20,000 nt of DNA from an uncultured virus (IMG/VR IMGVR_UViG_3300025598_000032) (IMGVR_UViG_3300025598_000032); one strand, 5' to 3'; positions 1-8,048 are shown, counted from the stretch's first letter. Notes: generated by a model not told the origin, from the letters alone. Translations and numbers: made by a program.

Positions 1-118
1 TGATGTAGCAAATGAATTAGATGAGCAAGGTATTTGTAATTTTATTGCAGGAAGACAAGAAGCACACAAATTCTGGCAATGGCAGTTGACAAGCACTTTA
101 AAGCCTACTATAATGTAA
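1..118 (+). CDS. 3' end of a Dps/ferritin-like protein (partial)
   Basis: Frame from base 2 reads DVANELDEQGICNFIAGRQEAHKFWQWQLTSTLKPTIM*, resembling the Dps C-terminal helix (D..t.nf...r...heK..W.L.s). Confidence 0.65.
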   Translation, partial: DVANELDEQGICNFIAGRQEAHKFWQWQLTSTLKPTIM

Positions 119-160
119 CTACAAAGGTCTTTCATCTCTTTTCTTTCGTAAAAATGTTAC

Positions 161-188
161 AAAAGGATCTAGAAATAGGTCCTTTTCT
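161..188 (+). terminator. Intrinsic terminator-like hairpin
   Basis: AAAAGGATCTA-GAAA-TAGGTCCTTTT followed by T-rich sequence. Confidence 0.7.
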
Positions 189-192
189 ATTT

Positions 193-265
193 GCCCCAGT
201 AATCCAGCGGTAGAGATAGTGGACTTAAAATCCATACAGCGACAGTTCGAATCTGTCTTGGGGTA
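193..265 (+). tRNA. trnL: tRNA-Leu(UAA), short variable arm, no encoded CCA
   Basis: Acceptor GCCCCAG/TTGGGGT, anticodon arm GTGGA-CTTAAAA-TCCAT, T arm GACAG-TTCGAAT-CTGTC. Confidence 0.93.
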
Positions 266-266
266 C

Positions 267-339
267 GCCTTTGTAGCTCAGGGGATAGAGCGAGACTCTT
301 CTAAGGTCTGCGTCGCAGGTTCGATTCCTGCCAAGGGCA
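267..339 (+). tRNA. trnR: tRNA-Arg(UCU), no encoded CCA
   Basis: Acceptor GCCTTTG/CAAGGGC, D arm GCTC/GAGC, anticodon arm AGACT-CTTCTAA-GGTCT, T arm GCAGG-TTCGATT-CCTGC. Confidence 0.95.
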
Positions 340-383
340 CGTAAGTAATAAATAATAAATAAGGTATAATAGGTTATGAGGAA

Positions 384-716
384 GTGAAAATGGAATACGA
401 TCCATCTGATGAAGATCACGTAGAGATTATGGAGTACCTTGTTTCAGAAGGTGCTGCAGAAATTGACGGAATTGATGAAGACGGTGAGCCATTTTATAAG
501 TTTGACATGGATGTTTTGGAAGAAGTTATGCCAGAACTACACCAAGTAATGATGGATGATATGGATCAAACATTAATTGATTTATATCAAAGAGATTTAC
601 TAGAAGTATCTTATGATGAAAATCTAAATGCCCAATTTAGCTTAACAGAAAAAGCTAAAGAGGAATTAATTAGACAAGGATTTTCTTTTGATGAAGAAGA
701 AATTCCAGACAATTAA
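384..716 (+). CDS. Acidic hypothetical phage protein
   Basis: 110 aa ORF with upstream GAGGA; start is GTG 384 or ATG 390. Confidence 0.8.
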   Translation: MKMEYDPSDEDHVEIMEYLVSEGAAEIDGIDEDGEPFYKFDMDVLEEVMPELHQVMMDDMDQTLIDLYQRDLLEVSYDENLNAQFSLTEKAKEELIRQGFSFDEEEIPDN

Positions 717-738
717 CCTATAAGGTGGTGATTTAAAT

Positions 739-975
739 ATGGATAACAATCAACAAGGTAAGGAAGGTGGAGTGCAGCAACCTGCTGCAGCAACACCAGT
801 TACAGAGCAGGCAGGTCCAGAGGCAGGCCTTCGTTCAGATGCAAAAACAGATCTCGGAGTTAATAACCCTGGCTCTATGAGCGTAGCATCTCCTTTTAAG
901 GGAAGTGATGTTTCAATGACCACTCCACAGTATGCTGGAGGAAACATCACCACAACAGAGGCGGGATCAAAGTAA
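739..975 (+). CDS. Low-complexity hypothetical protein
   Basis: 78 aa ORF after an AAGGTGGTG RBS, with codon usage like its neighbours. Confidence 0.75.
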   Translation: MDNNQQGKEGGVQQPAAATPVTEQAGPEAGLRSDAKTDLGVNNPGSMSVASPFKGSDVSMTTPQYAGGNITTTEAGSK

Positions 976-976
976 A

Positions 977-1807
977 ATGGAATTAGTAGAAAAAAGAGAA
1001 TTCTCTGATAAGAAGCGTAAGGAATTGGCAGACAAAGGTCATGCACTTCCAGACGGTTCTTTTCCAATCGAAAATACTACCGATCTTCATAATGCTATCC
1101 AGTCTATAGGTCGTGCATCAAATTATGCTGAAGCTAAAAAGCATATCATTGCCAGGGCTAAAGCATTAAATGCAGCAAAGTTACTTCCAAAAGATTGGAA
1201 GGTAACCAAGTTTATTGATGATGTTAAAGATGCTATTGAAAAAGCAATTGGAACATCATCTTCAGCAAATCAAGAGGCAGATGAAAGATCTGTCGAAAAT
1301 TATGTTAGAGGGAATTTTAATACAAACACCCCTACTAATGGGACAGGAGGTAATATAGTGTCAAATACAACAGAACCAGATCCACAAGGCGATATCGCTG
1401 TACAAAAGGATCTTCCTAATGCAACACGTCCAGATGCAGTTACAACAATTGCACAAGAAACACGTCCAGAAGGCGATGTAACCCCATCAGCAGCTGAACA
1501 CATCAACCCAGATGTTTCAACAGGCGGAGCAGGAGTCTACAAGGCTGATATGTGCCCAGATTGCGGTAAGCCTGCAGTTCATATGTGCAACATGGACAAA
1601 GCTGACGCTTCAGAAGAAGATGATAAGGTCGAAAAGGCTGCATCAGCAGATGAGGTCACAGAAGATAATGCTGATGATCAAGCTGTAACAAAGGCTGCAG
1701 ATGAAGTAGAGTCTAAGGAAGAAGATTCCAAGGAAACTGCTGCAGATGAGAAGGCTGAAATGAAGAAATCACTTTGGGGTGGAGCATTTAGCCCATTTAC
1801 AAAGTAA
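977..1807 (+). CDS. Putative head-associated/internal virion protein: N-terminal ALPDGSFPI (DUF6582-like) domain and long acidic disordered tail
   Basis: ATG 977 lies just after the previous stop. Motif REFS..KRKELA.KG.ALPDGSFPI....DL.NAI...GRA; recurrent x-x-K-A/S motifs. Confidence 0.55.
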   Translation: MELVEKREFSDKKRKELADKGHALPDGSFPIENTTDLHNAIQSIGRASNYAEAKKHIIARAKALNAAKLLPKDWKVTKFIDDVKDAIEKAIGTSSSANQEADERSVENYVRGNFNTNTPTNGTGGNIVSNTTEPDPQGDIAVQKDLPNATRPDAVTTIAQETRPEGDVTPSAAEHINPDVSTGGAGVYKADMCPDCGKPAVHMCNMDKADASEEDDKVEKAASADEVTEDNADDQAVTKAADEVESKEEDSKETAADEKAEMKKSLWGGAFSPFTK

Positions 1808-1831
1808 ACTAATATATACGTATATATTCAA

Positions 1832-1862
1832 ACAAGGACGGGAAACCGTCCTTGTGTGTTTC
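1832..1862 (+). terminator. Intrinsic terminator
   Basis: ACAAGGACGG-GAAA-CCGTCCTTGT then GTGTTT. Confidence 0.75.
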
Positions 1863-1875
1863 AGAAAGGTAGATT

Positions 1876-2244
1876 ATGAAAGTAATAGTATTTGGTAGTA
1901 AAAACTATACAGATTATAACGAGCTAATGCGTCAAATAACAGTATTGCTTGATGATCGTAAACATTTTTATCCAGATGATAAGTCCCACGTTTTTGTTCA
2001 TGGCGGGCATCAAGGTGCTGATAACATGGTTACTGAGTATATCGGTAAAGTAGAAAAATACATGCGTCAAAAAGGTTATTCAATTAAAGAAGAATTAGTT
2101 AAACTTAAATCATCTTTAAATGATTTAACATTAATTGAAAAAGGTGCTGATTTTGTATTGCTTTTTGGAACATCAGAAAGAACTTACACGTGTGAAAAAT
2201 TTTTAAAAGAATATGCAATTCCCTATAGATTTATTAAAGAATAG
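1876..2244 (+). CDS. SLOG-superfamily (DUF2493/YspA-like) protein
   Basis: MKVIVFGSKNYTDY...FVHGGHQGAD motifs. Confidence 0.7.
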   Translation: MKVIVFGSKNYTDYNELMRQITVLLDDRKHFYPDDKSHVFVHGGHQGADNMVTEYIGKVEKYMRQKGYSIKEELVKLKSSLNDLTLIEKGADFVLLFGTSERTYTCEKFLKEYAIPYRFIKE

Positions 2245-2246
2245 GC

Positions 2247-2276
2247 TTGACAAACCATCTTTATAAATGATACAAT
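2247..2276 (+). promoter_or_regulatory. SigA-type promoter
   Basis: TTGACA-N18-TACAAT with TG extension, upstream of groES. Confidence 0.75.
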
Positions 2277-2308
2277 AAATATAAGGTCCCTACTAACAAA
2301 GGAAAAAT

Positions 2309-2617
2309 ATGACACAGATTCAACCGCTAGGTAGTCTCGTACTTGTCAAAGAAAACAAACAAGAAGATAGAACAACAAAATCAGGTTTGGTTATTGCTGC
2401 AACTGTAGCTGAATCAAATTTGTCTCGTGGCGTAGTTGTTAAAGTAGGTCCAGGGGATAATGATAATGCAGGCAATCATTATGATATCCCTTTACAGCCA
2501 GGCGACACTGTAATTTATTCTCATAATCATGCAACAGAAGTTGAAGATGATGATAGCGAAAAATATCAATTTATTAACTGGAGAAATCTCCTTGGAGTTG
2601 TAAAGGAAAACAACTAA
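2309..2617 (+). CDS. groES: Co-chaperonin GroES (Cpn10)
   Basis: IQPLGSLVLVK...TTKSGLVI...GVVVKVGPG...LQPGDTVIY; AAGGA RBS. Confidence 0.92.
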   Translation: MTQIQPLGSLVLVKENKQEDRTTKSGLVIAATVAESNLSRGVVVKVGPGDNDNAGNHYDIPLQPGDTVIYSHNHATEVEDDDSEKYQFINWRNLLGVVKENN

Positions 2618-2847
2618 TGCCATCTTTTGAATTAAACTACGAAGAAGCACATGCTTTTGTAGAAAAAAATATTAAAAACAATTTTTTTTGGGACGGTTAT
2701 ACTTTAGTAAAGTGGAATCAAAACCCTGATGGTTACATGGCAACAAATGGTTTGTTTAGAAAAGGTAAGTGGGGATACGCAACTTATTATAAAATGACTA
2801 ACCGTGGTACTTGGAAGGTTAGCGATAAGTATGCCAGGTTTATTTAG
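2617..2847 (+). CDS. Hypothetical phage protein
   Basis: 76 aa, TAATG-coupled to groES. Confidence 0.8.
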   Translation: MPSFELNYEEAHAFVEKNIKNNFFWDGYTLVKWNQNPDGYMATNGLFRKGKWGYATYYKMTNRGTWKVSDKYARFI

Positions 2848-3157
2848 TCATTTAGGAATTGATGAAGTTGATATCAAATGGTATCACCTTGCAGCATGCA
2901 CAAATATGTCAATTAATTGGTTTTATGATGATTATGAATCAGATAAAGAGCTTGCCAAACAAATTGATCAAGTTTGTTTACATTGTCCAGTAATTAAACA
3001 ATGTCATAAAGAAGGTGTAGCAAATAAAGAGTTTGGTGTACGAGGCGGTATTTTTATGGACTTAGGTCGTATAGATAAACAAAATAACTCACACAAAGAC
3101 CCAGAAATATGGAGTCAGTTAAAGAAAATTCATGGCAAAAATATCTTACACAGTTGA
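2831..3157 (+). CDS. whiB: WhiB-family Fe-S transcription factor
   Basis: W...AAC, WFY, CxxCPVxxxC and a GVRGG turn; probable start ATG 2831. Confidence 0.9.
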   Translation: MPGLFSHLGIDEVDIKWYHLAACTNMSINWFYDDYESDKELAKQIDQVCLHCPVIKQCHKEGVANKEFGVRGGIFMDLGRIDKQNNSHKDPEIWSQLKKIHGKNILHS

Positions 3158-3410
3158 AATGGCTAAAAGGATTAGGGCAATTAAATGTCCTGTTAAAAAT
3201 CTTATATTAGATGTCAGAGCAAGACCAAACTACCTTGCTTTAACTGTTTATGAAAGTAATGTTATGGAATACAACGAAAGTCAAAGAATGCAGATCATGG
3301 AATACTTACTTCATGTTCGTGAATTAATTCAAGCATTTGGGACTCCATGCGAAATAGAAGGGATGAAATACACTGATGAGCAAGCAAGGGCAAGACGGGG
3401 ACAACGCTGA
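3132..3410 (+). CDS. Hypothetical phage protein
   Basis: 92 aa ORF in a tightly packed operon. Confidence 0.75.
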   Translation: MAKISYTVEMAKRIRAIKCPVKNLILDVRARPNYLALTVYESNVMEYNESQRMQIMEYLLHVRELIQAFGTPCEIEGMKYTDEQARARRGQR

Positions 3411-3600
3411 AGATTCAATCACCTACGTATATCTTCCATACGAAGATGTCTATGGAACTGTAAAAAGACATGGTGCTTGGGTATCTTTAATTGAATATTT
3501 TGAAGGCGGTGTTCAATATTTGGTAGAAGTGCCAAATGATGAGTTTAATATAGTAGATGAAATAGGAATAGGTTATATTGATGAGACGGAAGGTCTATAA
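3376..3600 (+). CDS. Hypothetical phage protein
   Basis: 74 aa ORF whose stop overlaps the next ATG. Confidence 0.7.
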   Translation: MSKQGQDGDNAEDSITYVYLPYEDVYGTVKRHGAWVSLIEYFEGGVQYLVEVPNDEFNIVDEIGIGYIDETEGL

Positions 3601-3830
3601 TGCTGTGCTTTAGCTGTGGAAAATCAAAAAATGAGCTACATCCACAAAAATCCGATATAATTAATGGAGTAATGCTCTATATGTGTCAGGTCTGTATTGA
3701 TCAAAAATTTGAGCCACGATGGGTTATTATCCTTGGCGGAAGACAAAATGGTCCTGAGTCTGTAAGAGATTATATACTTAAGCATCGTTATGTTGGTAAA
3801 ACAATTTCAGCGGAGGAATTAATTGCTTAA
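3600..3830 (+). CDS. Small Zn-finger protein
   Basis: CFSC...CQVC pairs; TAATG coupling. Confidence 0.75.
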   Translation: MLCFSCGKSKNELHPQKSDIINGVMLYMCQVCIDQKFEPRWVIILGGRQNGPESVRDYILKHRYVGKTISAEELIA

Positions 3831-4119
3831 AATTACAAATGATGTAAACGAATTTATTGCTGAAGATGAATGTGTAGTTTATTTTACAGCAGACTGGTGT
3901 AATCCCTGCAAACAGTTAAAACCACATTACGGCAAAGTATCCGTAATTGATGCTGAAACTAATTATTATTTGGTAGATGTTGACAAAATTGACTCATCTA
4001 CTGTAGAATATTATGGAATCAAGAGTATTCCTCAAATTTTTACAATGAAGCGAGGAGAGATTGTTGATCGTATTGAATCACGTACTGCTGAAGCAATTTT
4101 GGAGGAGCTAGGTAAATGA
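3823..4119 (+). CDS. Thioredoxin
   Basis: VVYFTADWCNPCKQLKP active site, VDVD, and GIKSIP cis-Pro motif; GGAGG RBS. Confidence 0.92.
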   Translation: MLKITNDVNEFIAEDECVVYFTADWCNPCKQLKPHYGKVSVIDAETNYYLVDVDKIDSSTVEYYGIKSIPQIFTMKRGEIVDRIESRTAEAILEELGK

Positions 4120-4658
4120 CAACTATTGTTGCAGTATGTAAAAATGGTAATGTCACAATGGGAGCTGACTCTCAAGTTACCGATGGTGCCCGTCCAAATA
4201 TGCATGCCAGCATGCAGAAGATTACCAAAAATAATGGTTGGATGATTGCTGGTAGCGGTGACTCACAACCTTGTGATATATTGCAACATGTTTTTGTACC
4301 ACCAGTTCCTACCGTAAAGGAAAGAGAAAATCTTTATCGTTTTATGGTTGTTAAATTTATTCCAGCCATGAAAGAATGCTTAGAAGAGTACGGGTGGAAA
4401 GAAGATAAAGAAGAAAAAGATTCAGGGTTTAATATGCTCTTTGCATTTGACGGAGAGATATTTGATATAGGAAATGATTTTAGTGTTTTGCTGAATAGCG
4501 ACGGCATTTATGGTGTAGGATCAGGTTCACAAATCGCTATTGGTGCGTTGTACGCTGGAGCAAGTGTAGAAAAAGCTCTAGAAATTGCTGCTAACAATGA
4601 TATTTATACGTCTGGACCTTTTCAGATTGTTAAACAACAGAAACAAGTTAAAAAATAA
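4116..4658 (+). CDS. HslV/proteasome beta-like Ntn peptidase
   Basis: N-terminal (M)TTIVAV, ADSQVT, K.., AGSG, GSGSQIAIGAL and A...DIYTSG motifs. Confidence 0.88.
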   Translation: MTTIVAVCKNGNVTMGADSQVTDGARPNMHASMQKITKNNGWMIAGSGDSQPCDILQHVFVPPVPTVKERENLYRFMVVKFIPAMKECLEEYGWKEDKEEKDSGFNMLFAFDGEIFDIGNDFSVLLNSDGIYGVGSGSQIAIGALYAGASVEKALEIAANNDIYTSGPFQIVKQQKQVKK

Positions 4659-4831
4659 TGCTAGATGTTAGAGGAATACCAACTGCAGAATGTCCAGAAT
4701 GTTCTTCAGATTTATTTAATATTACTGCAAAATTTGACAAGGATACTTACGAGCTGGTATTCTATAAGCTAAGTGCACAGTGCTCAGAGTGTGGCACTTT
4801 ATTAACAGCACCCACTCCAATTGACAAATAG
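4658..4831 (+). CDS. 57 aa Zn-ribbon protein (not in ORF track)
   Basis: MLDVRGIPTAECPECSSDLF...CSECGTLLTAPTPIDK; TAATG-coupled. Confidence 0.8.
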   Translation: MLDVRGIPTAECPECSSDLFNITAKFDKDTYELVFYKLSAQCSECGTLLTAPTPIDK

Positions 4832-4889
4832 AATTGGTTGTATAATCAACCATTATCCTGTACAGGGATACTAAATAGATAGGAAAAAC

Positions 4890-5918
4890 ATGAAGGTAAC
4901 AAAGAAGATCGCTATTGCAACTGCTGCAGCCCTTGCAATCGTAGGCGTATCAACCGTTGCTCACGCTACACCGCTTGCGGTAACAGTAGCAGGAGTAACA
5001 AACGTAACAACTTCTGCAGCACCAAAGACAGTAGCAGTTCCAGTATCAAATGTAATTGATTCGTCAAATACAGTAGCACTTGCTTCTACAGCAGATACAG
5101 GTACTGTTGTAACATATGTTGCTTCAGGCGTTAAGCTTGTTTCAGCACTTAACACAACAAATGCTCCAGTAAATTCAGCATCTGGGGTATCATCACTTTC
5201 ACTAACATCTCAAGGTGTTGCCGTAACAGTATATGCTTATACAACAAGCACAACTGTTGGATCAGTAACCATTACAAACGGTTCATATTCAACAATTGTC
5301 TATATTCAAGGAACAGCAGGAGTTGCAGCAAACGTTGCAGTTTCAGTTCCAGCATCGGCAGCAGTTAATACTGCTCCTACAATTTCAGTTTTAGCAACTG
5401 ACGTATTTGGTAATCCAGTAGCGTCTGAGGCCATTTCTGTAACACTTGTTGGTGCAACTTTCTCTGATGCATCAATCACAAAGACTCTTACAACTTCTGC
5501 AGTTACTTCTGCAGCAGGTGTAACACCAGTAACAGTTCTTGGTTCAGCAACAGGTACACTTTCTGCAGTAGCAGCGGGTACAGTTACAGTCCTTGCAACT
5601 GATTCATCAATTGCAGCAACATCTGTTGGCCTACCAACAGCAGTTAAGTCTGCTATTGCAACATTTTCAGTATCAGATTTAAGTGGTCAGATTACATTTT
5701 TGAATGCACAAATTGCATCACTTAATGCACAGATTGAATCAGCAAAGTCTGCGTCGGATGCAGCAACAACTGCACTTACAGTTGAAAAGGCAGCACACGC
5801 TGCAGATAATGCTACAAACACCGCAGCAATTGCTGCAGTAAATAAGTCATACAAGGCACTTTTTGCCAAGTATAATGTTTTGGCTAAGCGTTTTCGTCAG
5901 CCATTACTTACTAAGTAA
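4890..5918 (+). CDS. Secreted Ala/Thr/Val/Ser-rich surface (S-layer/Ig-like) protein with C-terminal coiled coil
   Basis: Signal peptide MKVTKKIAIATAAALAIVGVSTVAHA, beta-rich body with a TDVFGNPV motif, heptad LNAQIASLNAQI, basic tail. Confidence 0.7.
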   Translation: MKVTKKIAIATAAALAIVGVSTVAHATPLAVTVAGVTNVTTSAAPKTVAVPVSNVIDSSNTVALASTADTGTVVTYVASGVKLVSALNTTNAPVNSASGVSSLSLTSQGVAVTVYAYTTSTTVGSVTITNGSYSTIVYIQGTAGVAANVAVSVPASAAVNTAPTISVLATDVFGNPVASEAISVTLVGATFSDASITKTLTTSAVTSAAGVTPVTVLGSATGTLSAVAAGTVTVLATDSSIAATSVGLPTAVKSAIATFSVSDLSGQITFLNAQIASLNAQIESAKSASDAATTALTVEKAAHAADNATNTAAIAAVNKSYKALFAKYNVLAKRFRQPLLTK

Positions 5919-5930
5919 GTATTACAACTG

Positions 5931-5967
5931 GGGAGGGTAGACAAAAGTCTACCCTCTTTGGTATAAT
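5931..5967 (+). terminator. Terminator hairpin overlapping a SigA-type promoter
   Basis: GAGGGTAGAC-AAAA-GTCTACCCTC-TTT; TAGACA(5938)-N18-TATAAT(5962). Confidence 0.7.
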
Positions 5968-5983
5968 AGAATAGGTGATATAA

Positions 5984-6265
5984 ATGGCATGGTGGGTATC
6001 GTGGGCACTTTCAATATTAGGTGTTATTGGAATTTGGCTTACAGGTAAAAAGAAATGGTACGGATTTGCGGTGGGAATTGCAAACGAGTGTGCATGGGTA
6101 GCATATTCTATTAACACTAAGCAATGGGGATTTATTTTTGGATCAACAATTTATATTGCAGTTTATTCATTAAATATAAATAAATGGCTATCAGATGAAA
6201 AGAAAGCAAGGGTTAAAAGCATGTTTACATTTAACCCATTCCATAATTATAGAAAGAGTAAATAA
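5984..6265 (+). CDS. Small PnuC-like/triple-helix membrane protein
   Basis: Three hydrophobic segments: SILGVIGIWLTGKKKWYGF, W..Y, QWGF. Confidence 0.6.
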   Translation: MAWWVSWALSILGVIGIWLTGKKKWYGFAVGIANECAWVAYSINTKQWGFIFGSTIYIAVYSLNINKWLSDEKKARVKSMFTFNPFHNYRKSK

Positions 6266-6507
6266 TGTCAGACGGTTCAGTTCCATTACATTTTAAACAA
6301 TTAGAAGATTTAGTAACACAGGTTGCAGGTGAGCTTTTAGAGCATTGGGCAATTAATGGTCGTTACGAAGAAGCAGAGCAAGATAAGGCTGCTCAAAATG
6401 CTATTGATGACACAGTATATGTTATTAATGCATACATGATTAAATTTAATGAATTAGTTGCACTAGCGGAATCAGCAAAGAGCAATGTTCAAATTCAAAC
6501 AAAATAA
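6265..6507 (+). CDS. Hypothetical protein
   Basis: 80 aa, TAATG-coupled. Confidence 0.75.
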   Translation: MSDGSVPLHFKQLEDLVTQVAGELLEHWAINGRYEEAEQDKAAQNAIDDTVYVINAYMIKFNELVALAESAKSNVQIQTK

Positions 6508-7216
6508 AATTAAAGAAGGCGAAATTCATTTTCAGCCAATTGCACCTTCATCTTTTTTTTCTGATTCTCAACCAAAACCAGCAGTAAAAAGTATTCCCGA
6601 GTGGTATAAAAATATTGCTAGAAATGTGGATGTGACTCAAGAAGAAAAACAAAAAAGCCCTAAATTAAATTCAGTGCCGATGGGTACAATTAAAAAGTGT
6701 ATTCCAGTTTTAGATGCATTGAGTGTTGGTTATATTTACTCTCTTCCTATTGAATTAGCTTATGATGAAGAAACCTTTACATTTGGCCATAACTCAGATA
6801 TTGATATGATCCAAGGTCATGATGGTAGACAAGTTCAAGGATTTGCAGCAGGACCAGAGTATGTTCCAATGGCTTATAAATGGCGTAATTTAAATATAAT
6901 TCGTACAGCTCCTGGGTGGTCTTGTTTATTTACACATCCATTAAATAGATTTGATTTGCCATTTACAACTATGTCGGGAGTTGTTGATACTGATACTCAT
7001 CCTATGCCAATCAATTTTCCATTTTTAATGAAAAAAGGATTTACTGGTAAGCTTGAAATTGGTACACCTCTTATACAAATCATTCCGTTTAAAAGAAAAG
7101 ATTGGAAATCTGTTACAAGAGAATATAGTCAGTACGATTCATCGGGGTATGAAGCAACAAAATTAACTGAAGATAATTATAAAAAAAGTTTTTGGAACAA
7201 AAAGAATTATAATTAA
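6485..7216 (+). CDS. Conserved phage protein, DUF6065-related (dUTPase-like C-terminal motifs)
   Basis: PEWYK, TIKKCIPVLDA..GY, T.PGWSCLF.HP.N, SGVVDTD, GTPLIQIIPFKR. Confidence 0.55.
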   Translation: MFKFKQNKIKEGEIHFQPIAPSSFFSDSQPKPAVKSIPEWYKNIARNVDVTQEEKQKSPKLNSVPMGTIKKCIPVLDALSVGYIYSLPIELAYDEETFTFGHNSDIDMIQGHDGRQVQGFAAGPEYVPMAYKWRNLNIIRTAPGWSCLFTHPLNRFDLPFTTMSGVVDTDTHPMPINFPFLMKKGFTGKLEIGTPLIQIIPFKRKDWKSVTREYSQYDSSGYEATKLTEDNYKKSFWNKKNYN

Positions 7217-7245
7217 TTAACTAAACATGATATAATTGCTATATC

Positions 7246-7620
7246 ATGAAAAAAATCAAGCACTCTTTTAGAATATTTGAAAAAAGAATAGAGGAACTGG
7301 CAGACTGGACAGCAGAAACGTCCGCAAGCCCTTGGTTTCTTATTATTCACGCTGTTTGGTGGGGTTGTTGGATAGGGTTTAAAGTAGAACCCTTTCCATA
7401 TGGGCTTTTAACTATGATTTTAAGTTTAGAAGCTATTATATTGTCAGCACTTATTTTGTCTTCAAGTAATCGTGAAGGCGAAGCAGAAAAGAAAATATCT
7501 AGAAAAACATTAAGCAATACAAAAGAGACCAACTGGATGACGGAAGAAATTCTAGAAGCCGTAAGGGATCTTCGAGAAGACATTAGAGTCCTCAAAGAAG
7601 AAGATGAGGGGGAAATCTAA
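7246..7620 (+). CDS. DUF1003-family membrane protein
   Basis: ADW......SPWF.I.H..WW..WI....PFPYGLLT.ILSLEAI.LS..IL.S.NR. Confidence 0.8.
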   Translation: MKKIKHSFRIFEKRIEELADWTAETSASPWFLIIHAVWWGCWIGFKVEPFPYGLLTMILSLEAIILSALILSSSNREGEAEKKISRKTLSNTKETNWMTEEILEAVRDLREDIRVLKEEDEGEI

Positions 7621-7706
7621 TGCAATGCTTATTAATGTATTTTAGTATGCTTGTTATTATGGCTTTATCTTTTAAATGTCATAATGCTAATAAACATAAG
7701 AAATAA

Positions 7707-7736
7707 TTGACAAAATTGTCACCTATCTGATAGGAT
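7707..7736 (+). promoter_or_regulatory. SigA-type promoter, probably leaderless transcript
   Basis: TTGACA-N18-TAGGAT, with ATG 6 nt downstream. Confidence 0.7.
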
Positions 7737-7742
7737 AGCCTA

Positions 7743-8048
7743 ATGAAAGATCAAGAAGATATTGTTCAGTTAATTTTGGACAGATATTTGTTGTGTCCAC
7801 AGATTAAAGATTACACCTGCGACTTATGGTGGAAGCACGACGATTGTTTAGTACTATGGCAGTTACTATATGAAATCAACCCAAAAATATACCCTAAGCC
7901 TCCAGTTGAGGATAATTGGCATATTAAAAAAATGGATTTAATGAAAGCTAGTATACAAAAAGTAATGTACGAAAATGCAGAATTGTTTGATAAACTTGGT
8001 TCTGATTATGATGAAAACGGGATACCTTACTGGGAGAAGAATGATTGA
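7743..8048 (+). CDS. Hypothetical protein
   Basis: 101 aa ORF directly after the promoter. Confidence 0.7.
   Translation: MKDQEDIVQLILDRYLLCPQIKDYTCDLWWKHDDCLVLWQLLYEINPKIYPKPPVEDNWHIKKMDLMKASIQKVMYENAELFDKLGSDYDENGIPYWEKND

Noticed and set aside
225..419. 64 aa minus-strand ORF
   Set aside because: Antisense shadow of the two tRNA genes
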